A stretch of DNA of 64,000 bases from a bacterium (lineage in GTDB: Bacteria > UBA8248). The stretch is taken from positions 2,176,001 through 2,240,000 of the forward strand of contig CBDBEV010000001.1 in NCBI GenBank assembly GCA_965204535.1. Direction: 5' to 3'. The translations under genes and the position numbers were made by a program. Positions within the stretch are counted from its first letter, which is position 1. The number at the start of each line of letters is the position of its first letter. Shown one piece after another: positions 19,628 through 28,795 of the stretch. The notes under the pieces are model-generated. The model ran no database searches, was not told where the DNA came from, and saw nothing but the letters and a program-made list of their open reading frames with translations.

Positions 19628-20653
19628 ATGACGAATATGACGGCGATCGATCCCCACACCCATATCTATCCCGAGCGGTTCATCGCGGACGTGCGCGCGG
19701 GCCGCTTCGGACGCACGGCGACGATAGAGGCCGACGAACACGGCGAGTGGCTCATCACGCGCGGAAAGGTGCTCGGGCGCGACTCGGAACTCAGGAACAA
19801 GCTCACGCCCCTATATTATGAGATCGAGCCGCGCTTCGCCGACATGGAGCGCATGGGCGTCGCGCATCAGGTGCTCTCCATCGGCCCCGCCATGACGCTC
19901 TATACGCTTGAGGCGGAAGCGAACAAGGAACTGGCTGCCTCGCTGAACGACGGCCTCACAGCGCTGACGGTGGAGTACCCCGACAAGTTCTCCTGCATGG
20001 CCACCGTTCCCCTCCAGGCGCCCGAAGCTGCGGCGGCGGAACTCGAACGGGCGTGCGCGAACGGTCACTTGGGCGTGATGATCGCCTCGAACGTGGCAGG
20101 GGAGAACCTCGACGGTCCGGGGTTGGACGTCTTCTGGGCGAAGGCGGAGACACTCGACATGCCCGTGTTCGTGCACCCCACGAACGTGCTGGGCGGGGAC
20201 GACCGCTTAAAGGATTTCTACCTGAGGAACTTCATCGGCAATCCGCTCGACACCACGGTCGCGGTCGCGTGCCTCATCTTCGGCGGCGTGATGGACAGGT
20301 TCCCGGGGCTTCGGTTCTATCTCTCCCACGTGGGCGGCTTCGTGCCCTGGATACGGGGACGCTGGCAGCACGGCTACGGCGAACGCAGGGAGCCCAAGGT
20401 GCATGGCGCGAAAGACCCCGAGCAGTATTTCGGCCGCTTCTATTACGACACCATCATCCACAACGCGGACTGCTTCGAGTTCGCGGCGAAGACGCTGGGA
20501 GCGGAGCGGATTCTCTACGGCACGGACTATCCGGCGGACATGGGCTATCACCAGCCCGCGCGGGATATCCCGGGCCTGAGTCGCCTCCCGGAAGCGGAGC
20601 AGGAGATGATTCTCACGACCAACGCCAGGCGCGTCTACGGGCTTGCGATATAG
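19628..20653 (+). CDS. Amidohydrolase_2 family protein (ACMSD/decarboxylase-like)
   Basis: IDPHTH, MPVFVHP, LSHVGG, FYYDT, ILYGTDYP. Confidence 0.9.
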   Translation: MTNMTAIDPHTHIYPERFIADVRAGRFGRTATIEADEHGEWLITRGKVLGRDSELRNKLTPLYYEIEPRFADMERMGVAHQVLSIGPAMTLYTLEAEANKELAASLNDGLTALTVEYPDKFSCMATVPLQAPEAAAAELERACANGHLGVMIASNVAGENLDGPGLDVFWAKAETLDMPVFVHPTNVLGGDDRLKDFYLRNFIGNPLDTTVAVACLIFGGVMDRFPGLRFYLSHVGGFVPWIRGRWQHGYGERREPKVHGAKDPEQYFGRFYYDTIIHNADCFEFAAKTLGAERILYGTDYPADMGYHQPARDIPGLSRLPEAEQEMILTTNARRVYGLAI

Positions 20654-20736
20654 GGGCTGGACAAAGCGTCTTCCGGGTGTAAAATTCAGGTAAGTATTCC
20701 AGTTCGAGCCGGTTCAACTGCAAAGGGGAAGTTCCG

Positions 20737-21024
20737 ATGGAGGAAACCACCTTCCGCGTGGGCGACAGGGTGCGCATCAAGGAGATGTACCCCGACGGCC
20801 ACCACCGGACGACGTACTTCGTGAAGGGAAAGACGGGCGTCGTCAACCGCTATTTCGGCAAATACAAGAACCCCGAGAATCTCGCCTACGGCGGCGACGG
20901 CCTGCCGCTCCGGGAACTCTACTGGGTGGAGTTCGACATCAACGATCTCTGGGACCACGAGGCGGGGAAAAAACAGGACAAACTCTATATCGAGATTTAC
21001 GAGCATTGGCTGGAGCCGGTCTAG
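20737..21024 (+). CDS. Nitrile hydratase beta subunit, C-terminal SH3-like half only (ScnA-like)
   Basis: FRVGDRVRI...GHHRTTYFVKGKTGVV...NPENLAYG...LYWVEF...DLW...DKLYIEIYEHWLEP. Confidence 0.88.
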   Translation: MEETTFRVGDRVRIKEMYPDGHHRTTYFVKGKTGVVNRYFGKYKNPENLAYGGDGLPLRELYWVEFDINDLWDHEAGKKQDKLYIEIYEHWLEPV

Positions 21025-21062
21025 GCGAATCCGCCGGCTCCCCCGTGAGCAAGGAGCACACC

Positions 21063-21827
21063 ATGGCGCACTCACACGATCACCACAACGGCGGACATGT
21101 TCACCACCACGGCGAGCATCCCCACACCTACAGCCAGGACCCCTCGGCGCACAACGCGCGGATGCAGTCCGACGACGCCTACCGCGAAGGAGCCGTGGCC
21201 CAGGTCGAGCACGACCTGGACTACTACCAGGTGCGCATGATGGCGCTGATGAACGTCCTCCGCGAGAAGGGCCTTCTCACGACGGACGAGATGCGGCGCG
21301 CGGTGGAGGAGATCTACGGCCAGAGCCCGGCCATCGGTTCGCGCATCATCGCGCGCGCCTGGGTCGATGAGGGCTTCAAGGAAAGGCTCCTGGCGGACGC
21401 GGACGCCGCCTGCGGCGAGATGGGCGTCGACACCACGGGCATCAACCGCGTGGTGGCGCTCGAGAATACCGACACGACCCGCTACATGGTGGTGTGCACG
21501 CTGTGTTCGTGCTACCCGAGGCAAATCCTCGGGCAGCCCCCCACCTGGTACAAGAGCTTCCCCTATCGCTCGAAGGCCGTGACGGACCCGAGGGGAACCC
21601 TGAAGGACATGGGCTTCGAGGCGCCCGACGACGTGGAACTCATCGTCATCGACTCGAACGCGGATTGCCGCTATCTCATCATCCCCCAGCGTCCGGCGGG
21701 GACCGAGGACTGGAGCGAGGCGCAGCTCTTCCAGCTCGTGACGCGCGATTCGATGATCGGCGTGGGCGATCCCTTAACACCCGCGCAGCTCGAGCAAGCC
21801 ATACAGGCGTCGGGGCAGGCCAGCTGA
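21063..21827 (+). CDS. nthA: Cobalt-type nitrile hydratase alpha / thiocyanate hydrolase gamma-like subunit with His-rich N-terminus
   Basis: Metal-binding VVCTLCSCYP (Co-type Thr/Tyr), ARAWVD..FKERLL, RYLIIPQRPAGTEDWSE, VTRDSMIGV; AAGGAG RBS. Confidence 0.9.
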   Translation: MAHSHDHHNGGHVHHHGEHPHTYSQDPSAHNARMQSDDAYREGAVAQVEHDLDYYQVRMMALMNVLREKGLLTTDEMRRAVEEIYGQSPAIGSRIIARAWVDEGFKERLLADADAACGEMGVDTTGINRVVALENTDTTRYMVVCTLCSCYPRQILGQPPTWYKSFPYRSKAVTDPRGTLKDMGFEAPDDVELIVIDSNADCRYLIIPQRPAGTEDWSEAQLFQLVTRDSMIGVGDPLTPAQLEQAIQASGQAS

Positions 21828-21850
21828 TCTGGGGCAAAATCGTTTCACGT

Positions 21851-21881
21851 GGCGGGGGTGGAAGCTCCCGCCGCTTTTTTT
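21851..21881 (+). terminator. Putative intrinsic terminator
   Basis: ggcgggggt-ggaa-gctcccgcc followed by a T run. Confidence 0.6.
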
Positions 21882-21895
21882 CGGGATGAGAACGA

Positions 21896-23302
21896 ATGCC
21901 CTCGCCTCGCGTCATCGCGATCCAGTTCGACGGTCTGCGGGCCGACGCTCTGAGTGAGGAGTCCACGCCGAATCTCCTCGTGGCGGCGAAGCGCGGCGCG
22001 TGGTTTCAGAATCACCGCAGCACGTTTCCCACCTCGACGAGAGTCTGCGTATCGAGCCTCGCCACCGGCGTTTATCCCCAAAAGCACGGCCTGCCGGGCA
22101 ATTCGCTCTTCTCGCGCGAACTGGGCCGAACCATCACGACGGGCTGCCATGAGAATCTCGTAAACTGGCAGCGCGCCATGGGCGGGCGTCTGCTGTTGCG
22201 GGACACCTTTTTCGAGCGGGTGGGGGGCGGCGTCATCATCAGCGCGGCGTCGAGCGGTTCCGCCTGGCTCTGGAACGCGGGCCGCGCCGCGCGCCTGATC
22301 CATCCCGTTGCGGAGTACCCTGCCGGGGAGCGCGAAGAAATAGAGGAGGCGGGAGAAATCCCCCCTGCCGGCGAGCCGGATCTTCCGCGCTGCGAATGGG
22401 CGCTCGACGTGGCGCTCGATTACGCGATCCCGAAACTCGCGCCCCCGGTGCTCGTGGCTCACCTGAGCGAGCCGGACAGCACGCAGCATCACCAGGGCGC
22501 CGCAGGCGCGGTTCACCGCCAGGCGCTCGAAGGAGTGGACAGGCTGTTCGGCGCATTCTGGGAGAGGTTTCAGGCGGAGCGCGATGACTGGAGTCAGACG
22601 AACCTTCTCCTGTTCTCGGACCACGGAGTCGTGGCGACGGCGGGCATGATCGACCTGGATGCGGAACTTGGCGATCTCCCCGGCCGCGGGGAGAGCTGGC
22701 AGGCGGCGCACAGCGAGGGGACCGCTCTTTTCTACGCCGAATCGGAAAATACGCTTATCGAACTCGCCGCGTTCTTGCGGACGAAAGAATGGGCGGGGCC
22801 ATTGTTCTCGAAAGAGGGGGATGGAGCGGCGGGCGCGCTGCCGGGGACGATGTCCCTGGGACTGGCGGGTTGCGGCGGTGCCCGCGCGCCGGATTTGCTC
22901 ATGGGCTTTCAGTGGGGCGATGGCTTTTTACGAGACGAGAACCCCGAGGGCGCGCTCCCCGGCTGGGGATATTCATCCGTCAACAACAAGGGCGGCGGCG
23001 GAACGCACGGCTCGTGCAGTCCGTATGAGCTTCGCAACTTCCTGATTGGCGCAGGCCCCGCTTTTCCGGCGGGCGCGCGGGTGGACGCGCCGACGGGCAA
23101 CATCGACCTGGCCCCCACCATCCTCTCCCTGATGGGGAGGGAGACCTCCGGCCTCGATGGAGAGCCGCTCACCAAAACGCCCCGTGCGAGGGGCGAGGAG
23201 CGGCTCTACCGGGTGGAATCGAAGGATGTCGCGCAGACCCTCTCGCGGGCGGAGGCGGACGGGCGGTTTTATCTCAATTTCGCCAGGCTGGAGAGGGCGT
23301 AG
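21896..23302 (+). CDS. Alkaline phosphatase superfamily protein (nucleotide pyrophosphatase/phosphodiesterase-like)
   Basis: IQFDGLRAD, STFPTSTR..SSLATG, SEPDSTQH, FSDHG, GTHGS, NIDLAPTI. Confidence 0.85.
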   Translation: MPSPRVIAIQFDGLRADALSEESTPNLLVAAKRGAWFQNHRSTFPTSTRVCVSSLATGVYPQKHGLPGNSLFSRELGRTITTGCHENLVNWQRAMGGRLLLRDTFFERVGGGVIISAASSGSAWLWNAGRAARLIHPVAEYPAGEREEIEEAGEIPPAGEPDLPRCEWALDVALDYAIPKLAPPVLVAHLSEPDSTQHHQGAAGAVHRQALEGVDRLFGAFWERFQAERDDWSQTNLLLFSDHGVVATAGMIDLDAELGDLPGRGESWQAAHSEGTALFYAESENTLIELAAFLRTKEWAGPLFSKEGDGAAGALPGTMSLGLAGCGGARAPDLLMGFQWGDGFLRDENPEGALPGWGYSSVNNKGGGGTHGSCSPYELRNFLIGAGPAFPAGARVDAPTGNIDLAPTILSLMGRETSGLDGEPLTKTPRARGEERLYRVESKDVAQTLSRAEADGRFYLNFARLERA

Positions 23303-23308
23303 GTTTAT

Positions 23309-23683
23309 GGGGTTGTTGACCCCCAAAGGGGTATTGCCTCCTATCAAGAGTGTTCGCCGTCATTCCAGCTTTCGCCGGAACGACGAACAAGACCGCGCCG
23401 CTTCTTGTAGGGACAGGTCGCGACCTGTCCCTACGGGCCCCCTCCCCGGTCGGGTTCGTGCCCTCGATACGGCGCGCAAGCGCGCCTACTTGGGATGAGG
23501 GAGAGTGGTTCCGCTACCTGGAGGTTTTGCAGGAGGCCCGTGGTTTCCTACATCAGGACAGGCACAGGGGCCTGTCCCTACGCCTCATTTCGAGTTCGGG
23601 GTTCCGTAGGGGCGGCCCCCCGTGGCCGCCCTTGGCGGGGGGTAAAAGCGATGCCTCCCGACGAGGACTTTTCCAACAACCTC
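23309..23683. mobile_element. MITE-like element packed with REP-type hairpins
   Basis: Ends GGGGTTGTTGA / CCAACAACCTC, flanks TTTAT / TTTAC; contains gtagggacaggtcgcgacctgtccctac, ggacaggcacaggggcctgtccctac, gtaggggcggccccccgtggccgccc. Confidence 0.6.
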
Positions 23684-23730
23684 TTTACAATCGGCGCGCG
23701 GAGGGCGGCAGGCGTGTCCCGAACGCTCGC

Positions 23731-24636
23731 CTAACGCTCGGCGTCCGTATACGCGGCGCGTTCCTCGTCCTTGAAGTCGTCCAGCAGGTTGTGCCCGCCC
23801 TCTTGTCCCTGCCGGACGGCGAAGATGGGCGGCGGCACGTCGGGGCGCCATTTGGTGGTCTCGGGCGGCTCGGGCCACTCATAGGGCAGGTGCCGGTAGG
23901 CGTTGGGCGCGTTCGCCTCTTCGAGCAGCGCGGCCATGTCCTCGCAAATCCGGCGCTGGCCCGTGTAATCGCCCACGACGCCCAACTGCCGCCCGAAGGG
24001 ATACTGGACGAAAACGGCTCTCGGCACGCAGACGCGCTCGGTGGTCTCGGGCACGTTGGAGATGATGACGGTGGCGATCCCCGCCTTTTCGATCTCGCGC
24101 TGAAGCAGTCCGCCGGACCGGTTGCAGAGCGGTCAGACCGGATAGAGGAAGGCCGCGTCCACGCCTTCGGCCTTCATCTTCTCGATCATCAGGGGCGCCG
24201 TGCGCTTCACCAGCGGGTTGAAGTTCGGGATGTAGCCCATGATGGAATAGAGCGTCTCGGCCAGCGCGCCGATTCTCCCCTCCCTCTCGAAATCGAGGAA
24301 GATGTCGACCGGCCAGGACACGTTCCTGTCCTCGGCCATGAACGAGGTGTCGACGTGCAGGTGGGAATACGCCACGTCGTCCTGGCCCGCTGATTTGGGA
24401 ATCTCCCGGTGGGTGGGGTCGCCCCAGGTGCCCTCGCGGCGCTCCCGCTCGTAATCGAAAGAAACGTCGTCCTTCATGAAGATGCCGGCCGTGGAGACGA
24501 GCGTGACCCTGCACTCGGCGAGCGGTTTCGCCATCGGCGTCCACGGCGTTTTGGCCGGGTCGGCGTGGCGCTGCGCCAGGACGCGCTCGCGCGAGGTGGG
24601 GTGAAAATAGAATCCATCTACTTTTTCTACGGCCAT
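23731..24636 (-). CDS. Selenoprotein, PrdB-like (glycine/sarcosine/betaine/D-proline reductase selenoprotein B family), Sec at codon 168
   Basis: ORFs 24133..24642 and 23731..24054 are one frame joined through TGA at 24133-24135: GVDAAFLYPV-U-PLCNRSGGLLQREIEKAGIATVIIS; parallels PrdB VDAVVLTAG-U-GTCHRS..VQRAIEEAGIPT; WTP..KPL, STAG, GDPTHREIP, SH motifs upstream. Confidence 0.9.
24098..24132 (-). promoter_or_regulatory. Putative bacterial SECIS element
   Basis: Starting at nt 13 after UGA: CGGUCC-GGC-GGACUG hairpin with G-containing apical loop; lower stem CGCUCUG/CAGCG possible. Confidence 0.65.
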
Positions 24637-24665
24637 GCTCATCCTCGAATTCGCGGTTCCAGGAT

Positions 24666-25934
24666 TCAGGCGGGAGACGCTCCTCTCTTATCTCTTTTCA
24701 CCCAGCCGAGCAACACGGCGAAGAAGCCGCAGAGAAAGAACATGAGCGCGAAGGCCGACAAGCCCCACAGATAGGAGCCGTGCAGGTCGAACAATGCGCC
24801 CGTCGTCCACGGCCCCGCCGAGCCCCAGAGGGCGAAGCCCATCATCGCCACCCCGTTCACGCGCCCGAATCCCGGGCCTTCGAAATAATCCGCGAGGATG
24901 GCCGAGCCGGTGGGCCGTATGAGGCCGAGCGCCAGACCGTTGGTTATCGTGCCGAGGTAGAAGCGGAACTCGGGGTCTCCCTTCTCGTAGGTGGCGAGGA
25001 CGAGGGCGGAGGCGATTCCGAGCGCGTTGCCGATGAGGTACGTCGGCACCCGGCCGAGGCGGTCGGAGACCGGGCTCACGAGGTTCGCCCCCACTTGGCA
25101 AAGCCCCCAGATGGCGAACAGCACGCTCGCGGTCTGAAGCGAGAAGCCCTGGTCGGTGGCGTGAGGCACCAGATGGACGAGCATGCCCGCGAAGGCGTAG
25201 GCCATGGGCAGGAACGAACCCATGAAGAAGAAAAACGGCAGGTTGTACATGGAGACCGGCGGCCCGTCGGCGGATGGAGGCGCCGGTTCCGGCGCTCCTT
25301 CTTCCGGGAGGTTCTGAACGAAGGGGGCGTCGGCGATGGTGCCTTTCTCGGACGGGTGGTCCCTGTGGAAAATGATGCAGACGGGGAGCACGATGAGCAG
25401 CGTCACGCCGGCCAGCGCGAGATAGCTCATCCGCCAGCCCAGGGCCGCGATGAGGTAGGGCGTCGCGATGTTCAGGCAGAAGGCCCCGCCCTGGCAGGTG
25501 TTGGAGATGCCCAGGGCGAGTCCTCTTTTTTTCACGAACCAGTTCGAGAGCGTGGGCACCTGGGCGATCCACGTGCTCGCGGCGAAGCCCGCGCACAGGC
25601 CGATGTACATCAGATAAAAATGCCAGAGCGAGGTGATTTGGCTCCCGATGAGCAGGGAGAGGCCGAACACCACGACGCCCGCCGACATCGACGCCCGGAT
25701 GCTCCAGCGGTCGGAAAAGATGCCCGCCAGCGGCGAGATGATCGCCTGGGCCACCATCCCGATGGAAAAAGCCGCCGCCGTCGCGCCCCGGCTCCAGCCC
25801 AGCTCGCCCGAGATTTCCTTGAAGAAGGGCCCGATGGTGGCGCGGAAGGCGATGAGGGTGATCATGACGAGGAAGACCACGCCCAGAACCACCCAGCCGT
25901 ACCAGAGGCGCGAATCGTCCCGCATGGCGTCCAT
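24666..25934 (-). CDS. MFS transporter (OFA/MCT-like)
   Basis: WYGWVVL, ELGWSR, SDRWSIR, NWFVKKRGLALG, SDRLGR; about 12 TM. Confidence 0.9.
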   Translation of the reverse strand: MDAMRDDSRLWYGWVVLGVVFLVMITLIAFRATIGPFFKEISGELGWSRGATAAAFSIGMVAQAIISPLAGIFSDRWSIRASMSAGVVVFGLSLLIGSQITSLWHFYLMYIGLCAGFAASTWIAQVPTLSNWFVKKRGLALGISNTCQGGAFCLNIATPYLIAALGWRMSYLALAGVTLLIVLPVCIIFHRDHPSEKGTIADAPFVQNLPEEGAPEPAPPSADGPPVSMYNLPFFFFMGSFLPMAYAFAGMLVHLVPHATDQGFSLQTASVLFAIWGLCQVGANLVSPVSDRLGRVPTYLIGNALGIASALVLATYEKGDPEFRFYLGTITNGLALGLIRPTGSAILADYFEGPGFGRVNGVAMMGFALWGSAGPWTTGALFDLHGSYLWGLSAFALMFFLCGFFAVLLGWVKRDKRGASPA

Positions 25935-25938
25935 GGCC

Positions 25939-27228
25939 CTAGGCGCGCTCTTCGCGCGGCATGCGCGAGAGGCTCACCACGAAAACCGCGCCCGTGACGA
26001 ACATGCAGCCCGCGAGGAGGAAACCCGCGTAGTAGTTCCCGCTCGCGTCGAAGAGCATCCCCGTCACGAGGGGGCCTAAAGCGCCCACGACCGAGAAGAC
26101 CATCATCGCGCATCCGTTCACGAGGCCGAAGCCCCGCCCCGCGAAATGATCCGCCAGAAGGGAGGACGCCGTGGGCCGGACGAACCCCAGGGCGAAGCCC
26201 ACCCCCATCGCGCCCGCGTATATCCGCCACCCGGCCGATGCTTGCGTGAAGGCGGCCAGGAGGTAGCACGCGGCCACCCCGCACACCACCCCCACCATGA
26301 AGGTGGGGAGCCTCCCGATGCGATCCGATACCGCGCTCAGCCCGTTTCCCGCGACGAGGGCCGCCCCGTAGAGGGCGAAGAGCGCGGCGCCCCCCGAGGG
26401 GGAGAAGCCCTGGTCCGTCGCGTGGGGGATCAGGTGCACCAGGACGGCGGTGAAGATATACGCGATGCTGCCGTAGATGCCGCCGAGCAGCATGAACCTG
26501 CGTGTGAAGAAAAAAGAGAACGAGGCGGTCTCTTTCTCCTTGTCCAAAGGAATGATGACGGCGGCTCTGGCGCGGGCGCGGGAGAATTCCTCGGAAGTGA
26601 GAAAAGGCGCGTCGGGCGCGGTGCGTTTCTCTCTGGGGTGCTCGCGCAGCAGCGCCGCGGCGAAGGGCAGCAAAAAAAGAAGCACGACCCCCGCCAGCGC
26701 GAGATAGCTCCCCCGCCAGCCGAAGGCCGCGATGAGCAGGGGGGTGAAGATGTTCACGATGGGCGCGAAGCCCTGGGCCGCGTGCGAAAACCCCATCGCC
26801 AGCCCGCGCTTCAAAACGAACCAGTTGGCGAGCAGTTGCACCTGGGGCAGGTTGGCGGTGAAGGCGAAGCCGAGCGAGAGCAGGAAATACATGGCGTAAA
26901 AATGCCAGAGCGCGCCGATGTAGGCCCCGATGATGAGCGCCGCCCCGTTCACGAGAATGCCCGCCCCGATCACCCAGCGCATGTTGAAGCGCTCTAACAC
27001 CCATCCCGCGAAAGGAGCCACCACCGCCTGGCCGATCATGCCCATGGTGAAGGCGGCGGCGGTCTGCGCGCGGTTCCAGCCGAACTCGCCCGATATCTCC
27101 TTGAAGAAGACGCCGATGGAGTTTCTGATGCCGATGACCACCGTCATGACGATGAAGACGCTGAGGAGGATCACCCAGCCGTACCACAGGCGCAGTTCTT
27201 TTCGTGTCTGGTAGCGCGATGCGATCAA
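25939..27228 (-). CDS. MFS transporter (OFA/MCT-like), paralogue of the downstream MFS
   Basis: WYGWVIL, EFGWNR, NWFVLKRGLAMG, HLIPHATDQGFS; probable TTG start overlapping the upstream TGA. Confidence 0.88.
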   Translation of the reverse strand: MIASRYQTRKELRLWYGWVILLSVFIVMTVVIGIRNSIGVFFKEISGEFGWNRAQTAAAFTMGMIGQAVVAPFAGWVLERFNMRWVIGAGILVNGAALIIGAYIGALWHFYAMYFLLSLGFAFTANLPQVQLLANWFVLKRGLAMGFSHAAQGFAPIVNIFTPLLIAAFGWRGSYLALAGVVLLFLLPFAAALLREHPREKRTAPDAPFLTSEEFSRARARAAVIIPLDKEKETASFSFFFTRRFMLLGGIYGSIAYIFTAVLVHLIPHATDQGFSPSGGAALFALYGAALVAGNGLSAVSDRIGRLPTFMVGVVCGVAACYLLAAFTQASAGWRIYAGAMGVGFALGFVRPTASSLLADHFAGRGFGLVNGCAMMVFSVVGALGPLVTGMLFDASGNYYAGFLLAGCMFVTGAVFVVSLSRMPREERA

Positions 27229-27563
27229 GTCGGTGACTGGTCTTTGAGCGGATGCCCCACCCAAAACGAATAGCCGGAGTAGAATTTCTCCACCCGTTTG
27301 ATGGCGTGGTCCGAGATGCGCACGCCCTCGACGGCGACGTCCGTGACGCCGGGGTGCTGCATGAGCTTCTGGCGCACGCCCAGGGCGTAGGTGACGCTCT
27401 TGAGCATGCAGCCCCGGCACGCGCCCTCGAAGCGAAGCGAGACTTCGCCCTTCTCGCTCACGCCCTCGAGCGTGATGCCCCCGCCGTGAATCTTGAGCAG
27501 CGGGCGGATCTGCGTCTCGATGATGTCCTGGACGTCTGAGATGAGGGCTTCGTGGTCGTTCAT
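27225..27563 (-). CDS. NifU/NfuA C-terminal domain protein
   Basis: IRPLLKIHGGGITL...FEGACRGC (CxxC); ATG overlaps the amidohydrolase stop (ATGA). Confidence 0.85.
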   Translation of the reverse strand: MNDHEALISDVQDIIETQIRPLLKIHGGGITLEGVSEKGEVSLRFEGACRGCMLKSVTYALGVRQKLMQHPGVTDVAVEGVRISDHAIKRVEKFYSGYSFWVGHPLKDQSPT

Positions 27564-28588
27564 CGCGCCGCTCCGTTCCAGAGTTCCTGTTTCTTCGCCT
27601 CCACGTCCACGCCGAAGATGCGCGCCTGGTTGAGGCCCAGGATGTTGCGCTTGTCCTCTTCCGTGATCTGCGGATAGCCGTAGTCGTCCTGCATGGATTC
27701 GGGGATTTCCATCTCCCATATCCACTCGATGACGGGCTTCGCGTTCCCCAGAAGCGCCATCTCCGAACCCCAGAGCACTCGCTCGGAGCCCACGTCGCGC
27801 AGCAGCCTGCCCATCCACTCGGTGAAAGTCCTCGGCGCGATCATCGGCGTGTGGCCGATGCCCGAGAGCACGAGGAACACGTTCTCGTAGCGGTTCGCCA
27901 TCCAGACGACTTCCTCGAAGTAGGGCACCGCCAGGTGGTGGACGCCGAAGAGCATATCCGGGAAATCGAGCGCCGCGCCCTCGATGTCGAGCGGGGATAA
28001 GTCGCGCAGCTTCGCCCGCGTGATGGGGTTTCCCTTGTGGAACTGGAACACCTCGACGCCCAGCTCGCGCCCTTTCTCATAGAGGGGATAGGCGATTTCG
28101 GGGTCGTCGCACGCCCAGGATTTCCCGTCCACGTGGGCGTTGTAGATTTTGATGGACCTCGCCCCCCACTCCTTCACCTGGCGCTCCATCTCCTCGCACG
28201 CGGCGGCCACGCTCGGGTACATGGGGTCCACGGCCCCGCAGAACAGGCAGCGTTCGGGATAGGCCCGGGCGAAGGCGTACTGCGCCTTCACGGGCGCGAA
28301 GCCGTCCTTATACAGATCGAACAGGGGCACGGCCTGGGCCATCGCCATGTCGGTGCCCGAATCCTCGAAGACGAGGCGGCCCATGTCCTCGACGGTCCAG
28401 CGGCGCTTGAAGCCCTCCACCGGGTGCCAGTTCGCGTAGACGTCCGTGGGCGCGGTCCGCCTCCTGCCCAGCACCTTGCTCACGTGGTAGTGGCGGTCGT
28501 ATTCGCTCTTCTCGGAGATAAGGTTCTCGTCCGAGTAGTCGTACATGTGCACCACGTTGTCGAAGACGAATACGTCGTCGCGGATCAT
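27560..28588 (-). CDS. Amidohydrolase_2 family metallohydrolase
   Basis: FDNVVHMY, IKIYNA, FHKG, VHHL, VLWGSE, KRNILGLNQAR; AAGGAG RBS. Confidence 0.85.
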   Translation of the reverse strand: MIRDDVFVFDNVVHMYDYSDENLISEKSEYDRHYHVSKVLGRRRTAPTDVYANWHPVEGFKRRWTVEDMGRLVFEDSGTDMAMAQAVPLFDLYKDGFAPVKAQYAFARAYPERCLFCGAVDPMYPSVAAACEEMERQVKEWGARSIKIYNAHVDGKSWACDDPEIAYPLYEKGRELGVEVFQFHKGNPITRAKLRDLSPLDIEGAALDFPDMLFGVHHLAVPYFEEVVWMANRYENVFLVLSGIGHTPMIAPRTFTEWMGRLLRDVGSERVLWGSEMALLGNAKPVIEWIWEMEIPESMQDDYGYPQITEEDKRNILGLNQARIFGVDVEAKKQELWNGAAR

Positions 28589-28795
28589 GAGAGGAAACTC
28601 CTTCCGTGGGACAAGAATCACCACCGCCAGATTAGCACACGGCGCGCGGGCGTGTCAGACGGGGAGGTGAATCAGGAGGCGTTTTCTCCACGGGTTCAGG
28701 TAAACCCGCAAACGGTTCGCTGTTGGACTTGAGTCCAAAGTGCGCGTAGAAAAGGCTCTGGTTTTTCACGCGGCCAGGGAATCGAGGAGCAGGAC

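Noticed and set aside
23731-24642. PrdB-like gene as a nonsense pseudogene or two separate genes
   Set aside because: The TGA sits exactly at the family's Sec position with a downstream hairpin and an intact frame
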